The notes: generated by a model from the letters alone, not told the origin. Shown: positions 49,019 through 59,434, numbered from the stretch's first letter. The stretch: 64,000 bases of DNA from Candidatus Kaelpia aquatica (GCA_030765335.1 JAVCCU010000030.1:5324-69323); one strand, 5' to 3'. Made by a program: numbers and translations.

Positions 49019-50474
49019 TCTTATCCCTCACTTTTTCTATCTTATCAGCCAACCCTTCTTGTTTAGGGCTAAGCTTGAGTGCCTGCTGCCATTCCGATAA
49101 AGCCCTCCCAAGCATACCTTTTTTAAGATAGATATCCCCAAGATGCTCCATGACTACAGAGTCATCTTTTTTTACTTCCTTAGCTTTCTCAAGAAATTCC
49201 AAGGCTCTATCATAATTGCCTAGCTTATAATGGACCCAGCCCATACTATCAAGGTAGGCACCATTATTAGGATCTATTTCAAGCGCTTTTTTTATCAATA
49301 GATTAGCCTCTTCTAGGTTCTTACCTTCTTCAGTGTACATATAACCTAGATAATTTAAAGCATCTGCATGCTTTGAATCTACCTCTATTGCCTTCTTGAG
49401 GCTAGATACCGCTAGATCCCACCTATCCATCTCTTCATAAGCAGCGCCGAGGAAGAAATAAGTTTCTGCATTCTTTGGTTTTACCTCAAGAGATTTCTTG
49501 AAAAAATCTACTGCTTTACTATTTTCTTTAAGCTTAAAAAAAAGAAAACCCTTTAAAAAATATACCTCAGACATATTAAAATTATCTTGCTCGGCTTTTT
49601 CCAATGCTTCCTCTGCTGATCCATAATCTGCATTTTTTATATAAAAGTATGCAATATCAAGATAGATACCCTTCTCTTGAGGAGATTCCTGAATTAAATC
49701 TTTATATGCAGCATCTGCTCTCTCTATGTCTCCAGCCTTATAATAAGCCTGAGCAATAACCTTCAGAAGCTTAGTGTCTTTTGGTTTTATATTTAAACCT
49801 TTCTGATACCACTCTATAGCTTTGTTGAAATTATTATCCATCTCATAGAAAACCCCCAAAGTGACATAGGACTGCAAAAAATCGGGATCAAGCTCAACAA
49901 CTTTCTCCATCTGTTCTATAGCCTTGCTGAGGTCTCCATTTTTAGAATAGAGTATTCCAAGATTAAAGCGCAGGGCTGGAAGATCAACCTCTTCTTCTAG
50001 TAATCTCTCATAAGCAACTATGGCATCATCTACTCTCTTCTGGAGTAAATACATATCTGCAAGAGATGCTAAAGCCATAATATCATGCGGATCTATTGTA
50101 ACTATCTTCTCATACTCCCCTGCTGCTTCATCGTATTTTCCCATTGAGCTATAGATCAAAGCTAAGACAAAATGGATTTTTATATCACCAGAGGCATGCT
50201 CTTGCGCCTTACTTAGATTAGCAGCCGACTTTTCTATTCTATTGTTTTTTAGATCTATCAAAGCAAGTTTAATATAGATTGTCGGGTTCTCGTGATCATA
50301 CTCTAGAGCCCGGAGGTATTCAACGTAAGCATCCTCAAAATTACCTCTATCTTCATAGATAACAGCCATAATAAAGTGAGCATAGGCCAAGGAGGGGGCT
50401 TCGGACTTATAGCCCTCGCTTGAAACAGCGCTCAGAATAATTAGGATAAGCGGAAGAAGAAAAAATTTTCTCAT
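49008..50474 (-). CDS. Exported TPR-repeat protein
   Basis: Signal peptide, many TPRs, ALNYLGY...AYLDSMGW motif. Confidence 0.88.
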   Translation of the reverse strand: MRKFFLLPLILIILSAVSSEGYKSEAPSLAYAHFIMAVIYEDRGNFEDAYVEYLRALEYDHENPTIYIKLALIDLKNNRIEKSAANLSKAQEHASGDIKIHFVLALIYSSMGKYDEAAGEYEKIVTIDPHDIMALASLADMYLLQKRVDDAIVAYERLLEEEVDLPALRFNLGILYSKNGDLSKAIEQMEKVVELDPDFLQSYVTLGVFYEMDNNFNKAIEWYQKGLNIKPKDTKLLKVIAQAYYKAGDIERADAAYKDLIQESPQEKGIYLDIAYFYIKNADYGSAEEALEKAEQDNFNMSEVYFLKGFLFFKLKENSKAVDFFKKSLEVKPKNAETYFFLGAAYEEMDRWDLAVSSLKKAIEVDSKHADALNYLGYMYTEEGKNLEEANLLIKKALEIDPNNGAYLDSMGWVHYKLGNYDRALEFLEKAKEVKKDDSVVMEHLGDIYLKKGMLGRALSEWQQALKLSPKQEGLADKIEKVRDKIDQ

Positions 50475-50486
50475 TATAGTTACAGA

Positions 50487-50582
50487 CTAGTTCTTCTTTT
50501 TCTTATGTCTATCTCTTTTTAATCTCTTTTTTCTTTTATGCGTTTTTATACTTCTTGTTTTTCTCTTTCTGCCACAAGGCAT
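50487..50582 (-). CDS. Small basic protein, bS22/AURKAIP1-COX24-like (31 aa)
   Basis: Not in ORF track. MPCGRKRKTRSIKTHKRKKRLKRDRHKKKKN, SD GGAGGT at 50588-50593. Confidence 0.85.
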   Translation of the reverse strand: MPCGRKRKTRSIKTHKRKKRLKRDRHKKKKN

Positions 50583-50620
50583 ATCGTACCTCCGTAGATA
50601 AATTTCAAATCAAAAACATA

Positions 50621-51493
50621 TTAAAATATTACTTTATTTAAAGGATATTCTATAATAGCCTCAGCTCCGGAAAGCTTTAATTTCGGTATTAGCTCCCTCA
50701 CTACCTTCTCCTCTACTATAGTCTCAATCGCAAACCAGCCATCTTCTGCAAGCGATGATATGGTAGGTCTGCGCATAGCAGGTAATATGTTAAAGACCTT
50801 CTTAAGATCGTCTTTCTTTATATTCATCTTAAGGCCAACCTTAGATTCCGCTCCCAGTGCTCCGCTTAAAAGAAGCACAAGGCTATCTATCTTATTCTTT
50901 TTCCAGGAATTCTTCCAGCTTTTTTTATTGGCGATAAATTTTGTAGTCGAATCACATATTGTATCAACTATCTTAAGGTTGTTCCTTCTTAGGCTTTGAC
51001 CAGTTTCGGTAAGCTCGACTATTGCATCTACTAACCCGGTTGCAACCTTCACCTCTGTTGCGCCCCAGCTAAACTCAACATCGGCCTTGACTCTATTATC
51101 CTTAAGATACTGCCTAGTAACATTGACAAGCTCTGTAGCAATACGCTTGCCTTGCAGATCTTTAATACTCTTTACTCTAGAATCCTTCTTTACAGCTAAA
51201 ACCCACCTCACCGGCACCATCTGTTGTTTTGCATATATAAGTTCAGCTACCCGCACAACCTTGGAATTATTCTCGCGTATCCAATCTTCACCAGTCAGGC
51301 CAGCATCAAGTGCACCGGCTTCAACATAATAAGACATCTCCTGGGCTCTTAACATCACGAGTTCAAGTTCTGGATCATCTACTGAAGGAAAATACGATCT
51401 TGAAGTTAAAGCTATATTAAAACCGGCCTTTTTAAAAAGCTGAACCGTTTTTTCTTGTAAACTGCCCTTTGGAATACCTAATTTTAATTTCAT
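50621..51493 (-). CDS. hisG: ATP phosphoribosyltransferase (long form)
   Basis: [29 protein letters not shown]. Promoter-like TTGACT-N16-TACAAT at 51517-51544. Confidence 0.95.
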   Translation of the reverse strand: MKLKLGIPKGSLQEKTVQLFKKAGFNIALTSRSYFPSVDDPELELVMLRAQEMSYYVEAGALDAGLTGEDWIRENNSKVVRVAELIYAKQQMVPVRWVLAVKKDSRVKSIKDLQGKRIATELVNVTRQYLKDNRVKADVEFSWGATEVKVATGLVDAIVELTETGQSLRRNNLKIVDTICDSTTKFIANKKSWKNSWKKNKIDSLVLLLSGALGAESKVGLKMNIKKDDLKKVFNILPAMRRPTISSLAEDGWFAIETIVEEKVVRELIPKLKLSGAEAIIEYPLNKVIF

Positions 51494-51545
51494 AGCTCTC
51501 TCCTAAATAAAGGAATATTGTACATGAGAGAAAAGAAAAGTCAAA

Positions 51546-51911
51546 CTATTCTCCTAAAACAGCTTTAACTTTACCGATGAGCTCTTCTGTCTCAAATGGC
51601 TTCTCAATGTAATAAGCAGCTTTATCATCCATAAAGAGTCCTTCCATTTTTATCTTCTCTTTTATTGAGAAAATAATTACAGGAATATCTGCACTCTCAG
51701 GCTGCTCCTTTAATTTATTCAATGCAGTATAACCATCCATAACAGGCATCGTCATATCCAATAATATTAGATCCGGCTTACGCTCCGCTACTATACCAAG
51801 GCACTCTTTGCCGTTAGATGCTGTATTAACATTGTAGCCCTCTATTTCAAGCCTCATCTTAACAACCGTCCTTAAATCTATATCGTCATCTACAATCAAG
51901 ATACTTTTCAC
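51546..51911 (-). CDS. Single-domain response regulator (receiver)
   Basis: ILIVDDD, PDLILLDMTMP, KPF. Confidence 0.92.
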   Translation of the reverse strand: MKSILIVDDDIDLRTVVKMRLEIEGYNVNTASNGKECLGIVAERKPDLILLDMTMPVMDGYTALNKLKEQPESADIPVIIFSIKEKIKMEGLFMDDKAAYYIEKPFETEELIGKVKAVLGE

Positions 51912-51969
51912 TGCTGCTGCCTCCTTTTTTAAAAACAGCCTTTAAAAATAGCTAGCTTTATATGCTTTC

Positions 51970-51998
51970 ATTATAGTAAAGACTAACCAATAAAGCAA
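51970..51998 (-). promoter_or_regulatory. Sigma70 promoter TTGCTT-N17-TATAAT for the response regulator
   Basis: -35 at 51993-51998, -10 at 51970-51975. Confidence 0.6.
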
Positions 51999-52038
51999 CT
52001 TGAAGATACCTAAAAATGCTTAAAGATAAAATAAATTA

Positions 52039-52067
52039 TTGACTATATTCAAAACTGTTTCTATTAT
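52039..52067 (+). promoter_or_regulatory. Sigma70 promoter TTGACT-N17-TATTAT for the spe operon
   Basis: -35 at 52039-52044, -10 at 52062-52067. Confidence 0.6.
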
Positions 52068-52103
52068 ATATCATTATTATAATTGAACATTTAAGGGAAA
52101 AAT

Positions 52104-52520
52104 ATGGAAAAACAAACAATTAAAGAGTCAGGATCCGTATATTGCAAAGAAGACTCTATGAGCTATGCAGGAAAGCACCTGATTATAGAGCTGTGGGGTG
52201 CAAAAAATATAGCTTCAGAAGAGGGCACAAAAGAAGTATTAAGAAAAGCCGTAAAAGCATGCGGAGCAACTCTCTTAGAGGTTCATGCTCACACCTTCTC
52301 TCCTTACAGCGGCATCTCTGCTGTTGCCATACTTAAAGAGTCGCATATATCCGTACATAGCTGGCCGGAATTCAATTATGCAGCGGCTGATATCTTCGTA
52401 TGCGGCGATGTAGACCCTCACCTTGCAGTTCCTGTCTTAAAAGAGGGGTTCTCTGCAGAAGAGGTTCAGGTCACAGAATTAAAAAGGGGCGTCTTTGATG
52501 AAAAACACCTGGGTATCTGA
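52104..52520 (+). CDS. speD: S-adenosylmethionine decarboxylase proenzyme (class 1b)
   Basis: GKHLIIEL, ESHISVHSWPE self-cleavage site, DIFVCG. Confidence 0.88.
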   Translation: MEKQTIKESGSVYCKEDSMSYAGKHLIIELWGAKNIASEEGTKEVLRKAVKACGATLLEVHAHTFSPYSGISAVAILKESHISVHSWPEFNYAAADIFVCGDVDPHLAVPVLKEGFSAEEVQVTELKRGVFDEKHLGI

Positions 52521-53358
52521 GACTCTGCATAAAGATATTGGGCTAAAATTAAAGGTTCAAAAAAAGCTTTATTCGTCTAATTCATCTTCACAGAAAATAG
52601 AGTTTCTAAAGACCAGCCGATTTGGAACTGCACTAATAATGGATGGGGCAATCCAGACAACAACAGAGGACGAGTTTATCTACCACGAGATGATGTCCCA
52701 TATCCCGCTCTTCTCACATCCAAAGCCTGAAAATATACTCATAATAGGCGGAGGCGACGGAGGAATATTGAGAGAGGTCCTAAAGCATAAGATGATTAAG
52801 AAGGTTACCCTGGTTGAGATAGAAAAAAAAGTTATAGAACAGACAAAAAAATATCTGCCCCAAATATGTAAGGATGCATTCAAAAGCAAGAAGCTAGAGC
52901 TGGTTATCACAGACGGAGCAGAGTTTATAAAAAATAAGCTGAGCCTATACGATATAGTAATTGTAGATTCAACTGACCCAACCGGACCTGCAAAGGTACT
53001 TTTTGAAAACAGCTTCTACAGAAACATATCTAAAATTTTAAAAAATAACGGCATTATGGTAAGGCAGAGCGGCTCTTCTTTCTTACAAAAAGAGGAATTA
53101 AAGGAGAACTACAAAAAATTATCTAAAATATTCAAATATACAAATGTCTATCTTGCTGCTGTTCCTACGTATATAGGAGGATTTTTTAATCTTATCTTTG
53201 CATCAGACAAAATAAACATAGAGTCCCTATCTTTAGCTGCAATCAAAAAAGAGAGTCAGAAGAACAGAATAAAAACAAGATACTACAACCCTGAGCTGCA
53301 CCTGGCATCTTTTAAGCTGCCGAACTACATAAAAGAGATAATAGGAGACAAGCAATGA
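52495..53358 (+). CDS. speE: Polyamine aminopropyltransferase (spermidine synthase)
   Basis: DEFIYHEM, ILIIGGGDGG, IVDSTDP, PTYIGG. Confidence 0.95.
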   Translation: MMKNTWVSETLHKDIGLKLKVQKKLYSSNSSSQKIEFLKTSRFGTALIMDGAIQTTTEDEFIYHEMMSHIPLFSHPKPENILIIGGGDGGILREVLKHKMIKKVTLVEIEKKVIEQTKKYLPQICKDAFKSKKLELVITDGAEFIKNKLSLYDIVIVDSTDPTGPAKVLFENSFYRNISKILKNNGIMVRQSGSSFLQKEELKENYKKLSKIFKYTNVYLAAVPTYIGGFFNLIFASDKINIESLSLAAIKKESQKNRIKTRYYNPELHLASFKLPNYIKEIIGDKQ

Positions 53359-53729
53359 AAGATAAAATTTTTGGCTGGGAGCTGATTTTAGACTTATATG
53401 ATTGCGACCCCAAAAAAATATCAACAAAAAAAGAGATCCAATCATACGTAGATAGGCTCTGTAAACTTATAAAAATGAAACAATACGGTAAAACACTGAT
53501 ACCGCATTTCGGGCATGAAAAACCACATATTAGCGGTTACTCTCTAGTGCAGCTAATTGAAACAAGCTCAATCACAGGCCATTTTTCAGAACTCTGGAAT
53601 TCGGCTCATATAAATATATTTTCCTGCAAGAGATACGACCCTAAGCTGGCAATGGAATTTTCCAAAAAGTTTTTTGAAGCCAAAAGGGTAAGCAAGAGAT
53701 ATATTGTCAGAAAAATAAAGACCGACTGA
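53355..53729 (+). CDS. SpeD-fold pyruvoyl decarboxylase paralog
   Basis: GWELILDLYDC, VQLIETSSITGHF, NIFSCK. Confidence 0.8.
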   Translation: MKDKIFGWELILDLYDCDPKKISTKKEIQSYVDRLCKLIKMKQYGKTLIPHFGHEKPHISGYSLVQLIETSSITGHFSELWNSAHINIFSCKRYDPKLAMEFSKKFFEAKRVSKRYIVRKIKTD

Positions 53730-53734
53730 TCTTT

Positions 53735-55618
53735 CTAGAAATTCAAAAGTATATTAAACGCTTCTTTCTCTTTATTAAGCGAGATAGGAAAAGCAGGATA
53801 AGGTCCAGCCTTTTTTATAACCTCTATCGCTAAATCTCTTATAGTAGAATCAACCTCACCTACAACTGCAGGCTCACCTATCAGACCCCCTCTGCTGTTA
53901 AGAAGAAAAACGATATTCACTTCTCTGTTGAGACCCATATTTAGATAGTTCTTGCCAAAATAATCATAGATTATATTAGTAATTTTAAGGTAGTACTCTG
54001 AATAAGAACTGCGCTCTTTATCTTCTGCCAAAATTAGCTCTGTCTTAGCATGATCAAAGCTTCTAGTTAAGCCGGCTGAATCTGCCTTAGGACTCTCATA
54101 GCCAATCTGCTCATTGGCAAACTCGGCAACACTCTCACTGAAAGCTTGCTTAACGTTGCCTACTATTCTAGGGGTAAGCAGTATTACAAGCTCAGTTTTA
54201 ACCTTCTTTTTATGCTTTTCAGAAAAAAGTTTACCTATAAATGGAATATCTCCAATCCCAGGAACCTTCTCGCGTCCATCGATCTCCGTCTCTTTCATCA
54301 ACCCCGCAAGAACAATAGTATCGCCATCTTTTACTATAACTGTTGTCTCAGCTTCAGAGGTAGTCTTCTTTATATATATCGAGCCTTCCAACGCTCCTTC
54401 AACCTCTGTGCCTGAGCTAACCTCAGGTTTAATATGCATAGTAATAAAACCATCGTCAGAGATATAAGGCGTAACACTAAGCCTAACTCCTGTCTCCATA
54501 TATTCAACGCTCTCTGCATATACAGCCTCACCCGACTCTGGATATGTAATAGAGACAGAGACGATAGGCTCCTTATCCCCCACAAGAACATAGGCTTCCT
54601 GCCCATCTAAAACAGTTATATGAGGAGAAGATAGAACATCGGACTTTCCGTATGTATCAAAAGCCTTTATAATTCCAGAATATTGATGATGACCGTCTAG
54701 AGCAGCGCTAGGATCCAAGGCTGCCTTACCTACAGCAATCTGTCCTACCCCTGCACTACCTGAAGAAGGCAGAGAGAAGTTGCCGCTGTAAGATATTCCT
54801 AGATGCTTCCCAAAGACTCCTTCCCAGTCTACGCCTAAGCGGTATTCGTCGCTTAAAGTAATCTGGACAATCTTAGCTTCAATCTTAACAGCCTGAGGCC
54901 TCTTATCAAAAGCAATGAGAATCTTCTCTATATGCTCAACGTTACTGGGAATATCTGTGACTACAACCCTGTTTGAAGTTTGGTCAAATTTTATTATCCC
55001 TACATCCTTGTTTACAAGATCAACCACATTCTCTTTTATATCTTCAACCCGAGTATAGTTAAGCTGGATTACTCTCGTCTCTAATGGGGAATCTACAGAT
55101 TTTATTATTTTATCAATTTCGTAAATAACATCAGGGGCATCCAAAACAATTATAGAATTTGAAAAACTGTCAATAATCACTTTTCCTATATCACTTTTTA
55201 ACTCGCTGATAGTCTCTCCCAAAGATATGGCTTTGGCATTCTTTAAATCATATCTTCTAATTACTCTTAAGTCATAAAACGGTTTGCCGTATTTTTCTTT
55301 ATATTCTTTATTCGTCATAACGGTGATTAAATTTTTTCTTTTCTCATAAGCTAAATCATTTGCCGCAATTAAAATTTCAAAGGCATCCCACACAGAAACA
55401 TCTTTTAAAAAGACGGTGACTTTACCCCGCACTAAAGGAGAAGTAGCGATACTTAGCCCTGAACGCAGAGAAATTATTTTTAATACATCAAGTATATCCA
55501 TTCCCTTGATGTCCAAGGTAACCGGAGCACTAACATCTACCTGAGATGCATAAGCTAAAAAAGAAAACAATAAAAGTGCTACGCTAAAAACTAATCTCTT
55601 TTTCTTCATTATTAACAT
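53735..55618 (-). CDS. gspD: Secretin (GspD/PilQ family) with C-terminal TonB/TolA-like domain
   Basis: N domains, VKIEAKIV, GVRLSVTP, KVPGIGDIPFIGKLF, TELVILLTPRIV, then about 140 extra aa ending AGPYPAFP...FNILLNF. Confidence 0.88.
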   Translation of the reverse strand: MLIMKKKRLVFSVALLLFSFLAYASQVDVSAPVTLDIKGMDILDVLKIISLRSGLSIATSPLVRGKVTVFLKDVSVWDAFEILIAANDLAYEKRKNLITVMTNKEYKEKYGKPFYDLRVIRRYDLKNAKAISLGETISELKSDIGKVIIDSFSNSIIVLDAPDVIYEIDKIIKSVDSPLETRVIQLNYTRVEDIKENVVDLVNKDVGIIKFDQTSNRVVVTDIPSNVEHIEKILIAFDKRPQAVKIEAKIVQITLSDEYRLGVDWEGVFGKHLGISYSGNFSLPSSGSAGVGQIAVGKAALDPSAALDGHHQYSGIIKAFDTYGKSDVLSSPHITVLDGQEAYVLVGDKEPIVSVSITYPESGEAVYAESVEYMETGVRLSVTPYISDDGFITMHIKPEVSSGTEVEGALEGSIYIKKTTSEAETTVIVKDGDTIVLAGLMKETEIDGREKVPGIGDIPFIGKLFSEKHKKKVKTELVILLTPRIVGNVKQAFSESVAEFANEQIGYESPKADSAGLTRSFDHAKTELILAEDKERSSYSEYYLKITNIIYDYFGKNYLNMGLNREVNIVFLLNSRGGLIGEPAVVGEVDSTIRDLAIEVIKKAGPYPAFPISLNKEKEAFNILLNF

Positions 55619-56048
55619 TTATTATAACTGAACTTTGTTTTATTTTCTTAATTTTTATACCTTTTATCTCCTGACCCTCAGTAACCAAGTGTTGTTTTTT
55701 ATCTTTTTCGCTAAAAACAGCGACATATTTTTTATCCAGAACGATTATACCATTAAAAGAAAGATCGGCCAAAACATCTTTCTCTTGACTTGAGTTTTCT
55801 TCGATTACTCTCCCCCTGTCGGAGAAATCAAAAATATTCTTCTTATTCAGAATTGAAGAATATTCATCTATTTCCTTTCTTTTAGGAATATCAACGGTAT
55901 TTTTTTTTGTTCCCCTAATAGAAGCTTCTTCTAAAACTTCGTCCACATTTGCAGGTTCTCTAAGCACCCACTCTAAAAATAGCAACACAAGCGCTGCTAT
56001 TGCTGTAATTTTAGCATACTGAAATAAAGAATAATTCAGCTGTCTCAT
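55584..56048 (-). CDS. GspC/PilP-like protein
   Basis: N-terminal TM, LSFNGII...VTEGQEIKGIKIKKIKQSSVII; position in the gsp cluster. Confidence 0.65.
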   Translation of the reverse strand: MRQLNYSLFQYAKITAIAALVLLFLEWVLREPANVDEVLEEASIRGTKKNTVDIPKRKEIDEYSSILNKKNIFDFSDRGRVIEENSSQEKDVLADLSFNGIIVLDKKYVAVFSEKDKKQHLVTEGQEIKGIKIKKIKQSSVIINVNNEEKEISF

Positions 56049-56569
56049 ATTAAAATTCTCTTTAATTTTATCAGTAACATCAATCTGTTGTTGCTGGCTG
56101 GGCTTACTTTAACATTTTCAGTAGACATCAAGCTAAAAGAACTCTCAATATAATACAAAAATTTTAATATTCCTTCTAAATCAGCCTCTACGTTTATTTC
56201 AAAATACAGCGCATGCTCATTTTCCTTATTCGAAATAGTTGTTTTTGGTGTTACGCTGCGCAATTTTACCTTACAATGACTAGCTAGCTTATTTAATTCC
56301 TTATAGACGGAAATCCGCACATCTTCATCATCACCCACAATCAGTTTGTCAAAAGCGACTTCTGCGGCAATACTTTTATAAACAGAGTTGATTTTATTTT
56401 TCTCAGAAATCAGCTTTAGAGTTTTATGGAACTTACTTTCGTTTATTCTTATAGCAGCGTTTAAACCGCTCCATTTTACAATAAGAGGTTGAACTATAAT
56501 GTATAGTAAGAGCATTATACCGATAACAGCAAATAATTTTAAATATCGCTTATCTTTCAATTTATCCAA
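56045..56569 (-). CDS. GspM/PilO-like protein
   Basis: TM plus coiled coil plus ILKFLYYIE; position in the cluster. Confidence 0.65.
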   Translation of the reverse strand: MDKLKDKRYLKLFAVIGIMLLLYIIVQPLIVKWSGLNAAIRINESKFHKTLKLISEKNKINSVYKSIAAEVAFDKLIVGDDEDVRISVYKELNKLASHCKVKLRSVTPKTTISNKENEHALYFEINVEADLEGILKFLYYIESSFSLMSTENVKVSPASNNRLMLLIKLKRILI

Positions 56570-56571
56570 AT

Positions 56572-57930
56572 TTATTTTAATCCCAATTTTAAATAAAAAA
56601 CACTCTCTTGTCTTGATGTAGTATCTATCTTAAATGCCTCGACTTTAGATATCATATGAAGTTGTTTAATGTTTTCATAAAGATCATATATCGAATTCGC
56701 ATCAGAGGAGATTCCCTCTATAACTAATTGTAAATTTTTCTCATAATCTACTCTTCTTAATAAAACATTATCCGGAACTATATCAACCAATCCTTTAAAT
56801 AAATCTAAAAAAATAACATCCCGAGAATATTTTAAAAAAACTTGATTTATCCTTTTCCTTGTTTCTAAAGTTTTAACAGCAGGGCTTACGCTATCAATAA
56901 AACTCTTTAACCTGCCTAAATATACTTCCTCCCTTTTATACTCTAATCTCACAATCAGTATACAGATTAAAGCCGCTAATACAAAATAAATACCTGCTCT
57001 CTTCCTCTCTCTGTAAAGGCTTTTTTTAACAACCCGCTGAGCTATCCCAAGCGGGATTAAATCAAATTCCGGAACTTGGATAAAACTTAAACCTAATAGC
57101 TTAATTAGAGAGTAGATCTCTTCACTGTTTTCTCCAAAAAACTGAAAATCTTCTTCTTTGGAAATAAACTTTTCCTGATAAATAAATTCAACATCATCAA
57201 AAGGCAAAGATGCTCTTTCATCTTCCATAAAATTTATATGCCGAGGCCCAAGTATAGTAAGTGATTTTATGTCTTGATTTAACTTCTCCTTGTTAAATGC
57301 TGCAATGGAATTTGAAACTTCTTTCAACCATGGAGCCATGCCATTATCTTTTATAAAATAAAACCCCTTGTTGATTTCCCGGCAGAACAAAAGTTTACCG
57401 CCTCCTATTATGCACAAATTGCTGGATCTATTATCTATATCAATTAAAACTCTATCCTCATCTTTTCTTATCATTTTATAAAAACCGACAACACCCAAGC
57501 TATTTATTGTAATTTTGTTCGGCAATATAAAATGAGTAAGTTCAGATACGTACTTATTCAATGCTTCCTCCCCTACAACTGCAAGCATAACTTTTGTATA
57601 TCCATTAGACATCTTAGACAAAATATTCGCTGAATGAAGGATGTTAAAATCCTTGTAAGGAAACTGCCTCAACGCCTGATATCTTGCCATTTGATTAATC
57701 TCTTCATCTTTTTGGGAGGGAAAAGAATGGTAACTGACAGAGACCTCTCTTCTGGGAATCACAAATATTATTGACTCCTCATTTTGATGTAATAACTTCT
57801 CTAATAACTTCCCATCCTTCTCTGTTATAGGGCGCTTAAATACTCCAAGTTTGGATAAAAAAAACTTACCTTCTTTAAGTAAGACTCTAGCAAATTTAAT
57901 TTTTTCACTCTCTATTTCAAAGCTATACAT
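56572..57930 (-). CDS. GspL / PilM-PilN-like assembly protein
   Basis: Actin-like cytoplasmic region (VLIDID), TM, PilN-like periplasmic region. Confidence 0.7.
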   Translation of the reverse strand: MYSFEIESEKIKFARVLLKEGKFFLSKLGVFKRPITEKDGKLLEKLLHQNEESIIFVIPRREVSVSYHSFPSQKDEEINQMARYQALRQFPYKDFNILHSANILSKMSNGYTKVMLAVVGEEALNKYVSELTHFILPNKITINSLGVVGFYKMIRKDEDRVLIDIDNRSSNLCIIGGGKLLFCREINKGFYFIKDNGMAPWLKEVSNSIAAFNKEKLNQDIKSLTILGPRHINFMEDERASLPFDDVEFIYQEKFISKEEDFQFFGENSEEIYSLIKLLGLSFIQVPEFDLIPLGIAQRVVKKSLYRERKRAGIYFVLAALICILIVRLEYKREEVYLGRLKSFIDSVSPAVKTLETRKRINQVFLKYSRDVIFLDLFKGLVDIVPDNVLLRRVDYEKNLQLVIEGISSDANSIYDLYENIKQLHMISKVEAFKIDTTSRQESVFYLKLGLK

Positions 57931-58896
57931 TTACTTCTCCCAGAAATTCTCCTGCCAAGATAAAATATCAAAACTGCTGCCTTTCCTTTGCACTAAAGCC
58001 TGAGCACAGCGCTTAACTCCTCTCTCTGTCTGAGCTATTATATATATTCTAAAATATTGAGAGCTCACTTTAAAGTAATTTCTCAAAACATTCCATTGTT
58101 CTACTATGTCAGCACTTGCAATTTTCGGGAAAATTTCTGAAATACTATCACTGTCAGGTATACTATTAAAAACACCGTTATGTTGACGAAATTCCAAGAT
58201 TTCTGAGACAAGAGAGTCGGGCAGCTCTAACTTTTTAAGGCATACTTCAGATACTGTATTAATATTTACTTCACTCCCTATAGTAGTAATTTGATTCTCC
58301 AGATCTTTTAAGTTAAAATCAGAAGGGCATCCTTTAATATATTTTATCTCGTATAAACTTCTGATATTGGAATTTCTGCAATTATATGTCAAAAAATTAT
58401 AATAATTTTCCTGCTCTCCTCCGTAATAATAATTTTGAAAACTATCTTCATCTACCCAATCAATTATTGATTGAGCAAGCTTTGGAGGAAAAAGATTATT
58501 CAAGACATCTAAATTTTCTTCTCTGGCAATCTGATTAATATTTATCTTTCTCTCTTCGTCCTCAATTCTGATCTGAGATATACCGTATTCATTCTGAAAT
58601 TCAATATTATCCTTGCTCCATTCTTCGCTTAAACCATCGATTCCAGAGTTATTCTCATAATCTAATCTCAGTAATTCCAGTGATTGCATAAAACCCCGCC
58701 AGATTAAATTTCGGGCATAGAAACGCTCCCTATAAAACCTAAAAGAACGCAATTCCATATAAGCCCTATAACTTATGCCAGCGGACATCAATACTGTTAC
58801 AGCAATTACCCAGAGGATAAAGATAGATATTACACCATCTTTTTTAAATGCTTTTACCGGCTGGTATGTAGATAATTTTTTCAATTTCATTTTCAT
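57931..58896 (-). CDS. gspK: T2SS minor pseudopilin GspK
   Basis: IEDEERKININ, IIDWVDED, VNINT, SQYFRI. Confidence 0.85.
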   Translation of the reverse strand: MKMKLKKLSTYQPVKAFKKDGVISIFILWVIAVTVLMSAGISYRAYMELRSFRFYRERFYARNLIWRGFMQSLELLRLDYENNSGIDGLSEEWSKDNIEFQNEYGISQIRIEDEERKININQIAREENLDVLNNLFPPKLAQSIIDWVDEDSFQNYYYGGEQENYYNFLTYNCRNSNIRSLYEIKYIKGCPSDFNLKDLENQITTIGSEVNINTVSEVCLKKLELPDSLVSEILEFRQHNGVFNSIPDSDSISEIFPKIASADIVEQWNVLRNYFKVSSQYFRIYIIAQTERGVKRCAQALVQRKGSSFDILSWQENFWEK

Positions 58897-59434
58897 CTTT
58901 TACACACTTGATTTTTATCGCTTCTGGCAACTTACTGTCAGAATAAAACTGCTCGGTTAATAATTCTTTTTTATCTTCACTGTAAATTAACGCTGAGAAC
59001 TCAAAATCTGCTTCATAAACAAGGATCTCTTTTTTGTAATCCTCGAATTCAGACTCTAATCGTTTATACAGCACTTTCTTCCCCGCTTCTTCTTTGACAA
59101 AATAACTGATCTTTAATATTGGCAGAAGATAGCTAGTCTCAACGCTTTCTGAAGGACGGATTATCCAAAAAGAAATTGTTTTATTTTCTGAATCAACTAT
59201 AAAATTAGGTTCTTCGTTATAATCAAAAATACAAGCAGATCTTAAATCATTACTCAAAATTTCAAAAACATTTCTAATACCTGAAAAACGAACTGCAACT
59301 TCCTTACTTCTTACAGAAAGCCTGAAACTCAGCCAGATTAAAGAACTACTCAAGCTGAATATTAAAGAGACAATCACTACTGCCACAATAACTTCAACTA
59401 ATGTAAATGATTTTTTACTTTTCGATGGAAACAT
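58844..59434 (-). CDS. Minor pseudopilin (GspJ-like)
   Basis: KS-FTLVEVIVA prepilin motif, NDLRSA. Confidence 0.75.
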   Translation of the reverse strand: MFPSKSKKSFTLVEVIVAVVIVSLIFSLSSSLIWLSFRLSVRSKEVAVRFSGIRNVFEILSNDLRSACIFDYNEEPNFIVDSENKTISFWIIRPSESVETSYLLPILKISYFVKEEAGKKVLYKRLESEFEDYKKEILVYEADFEFSALIYSEDKKELLTEQFYSDSKLPEAIKIKCVKDENEIEKIIYIPAGKSI

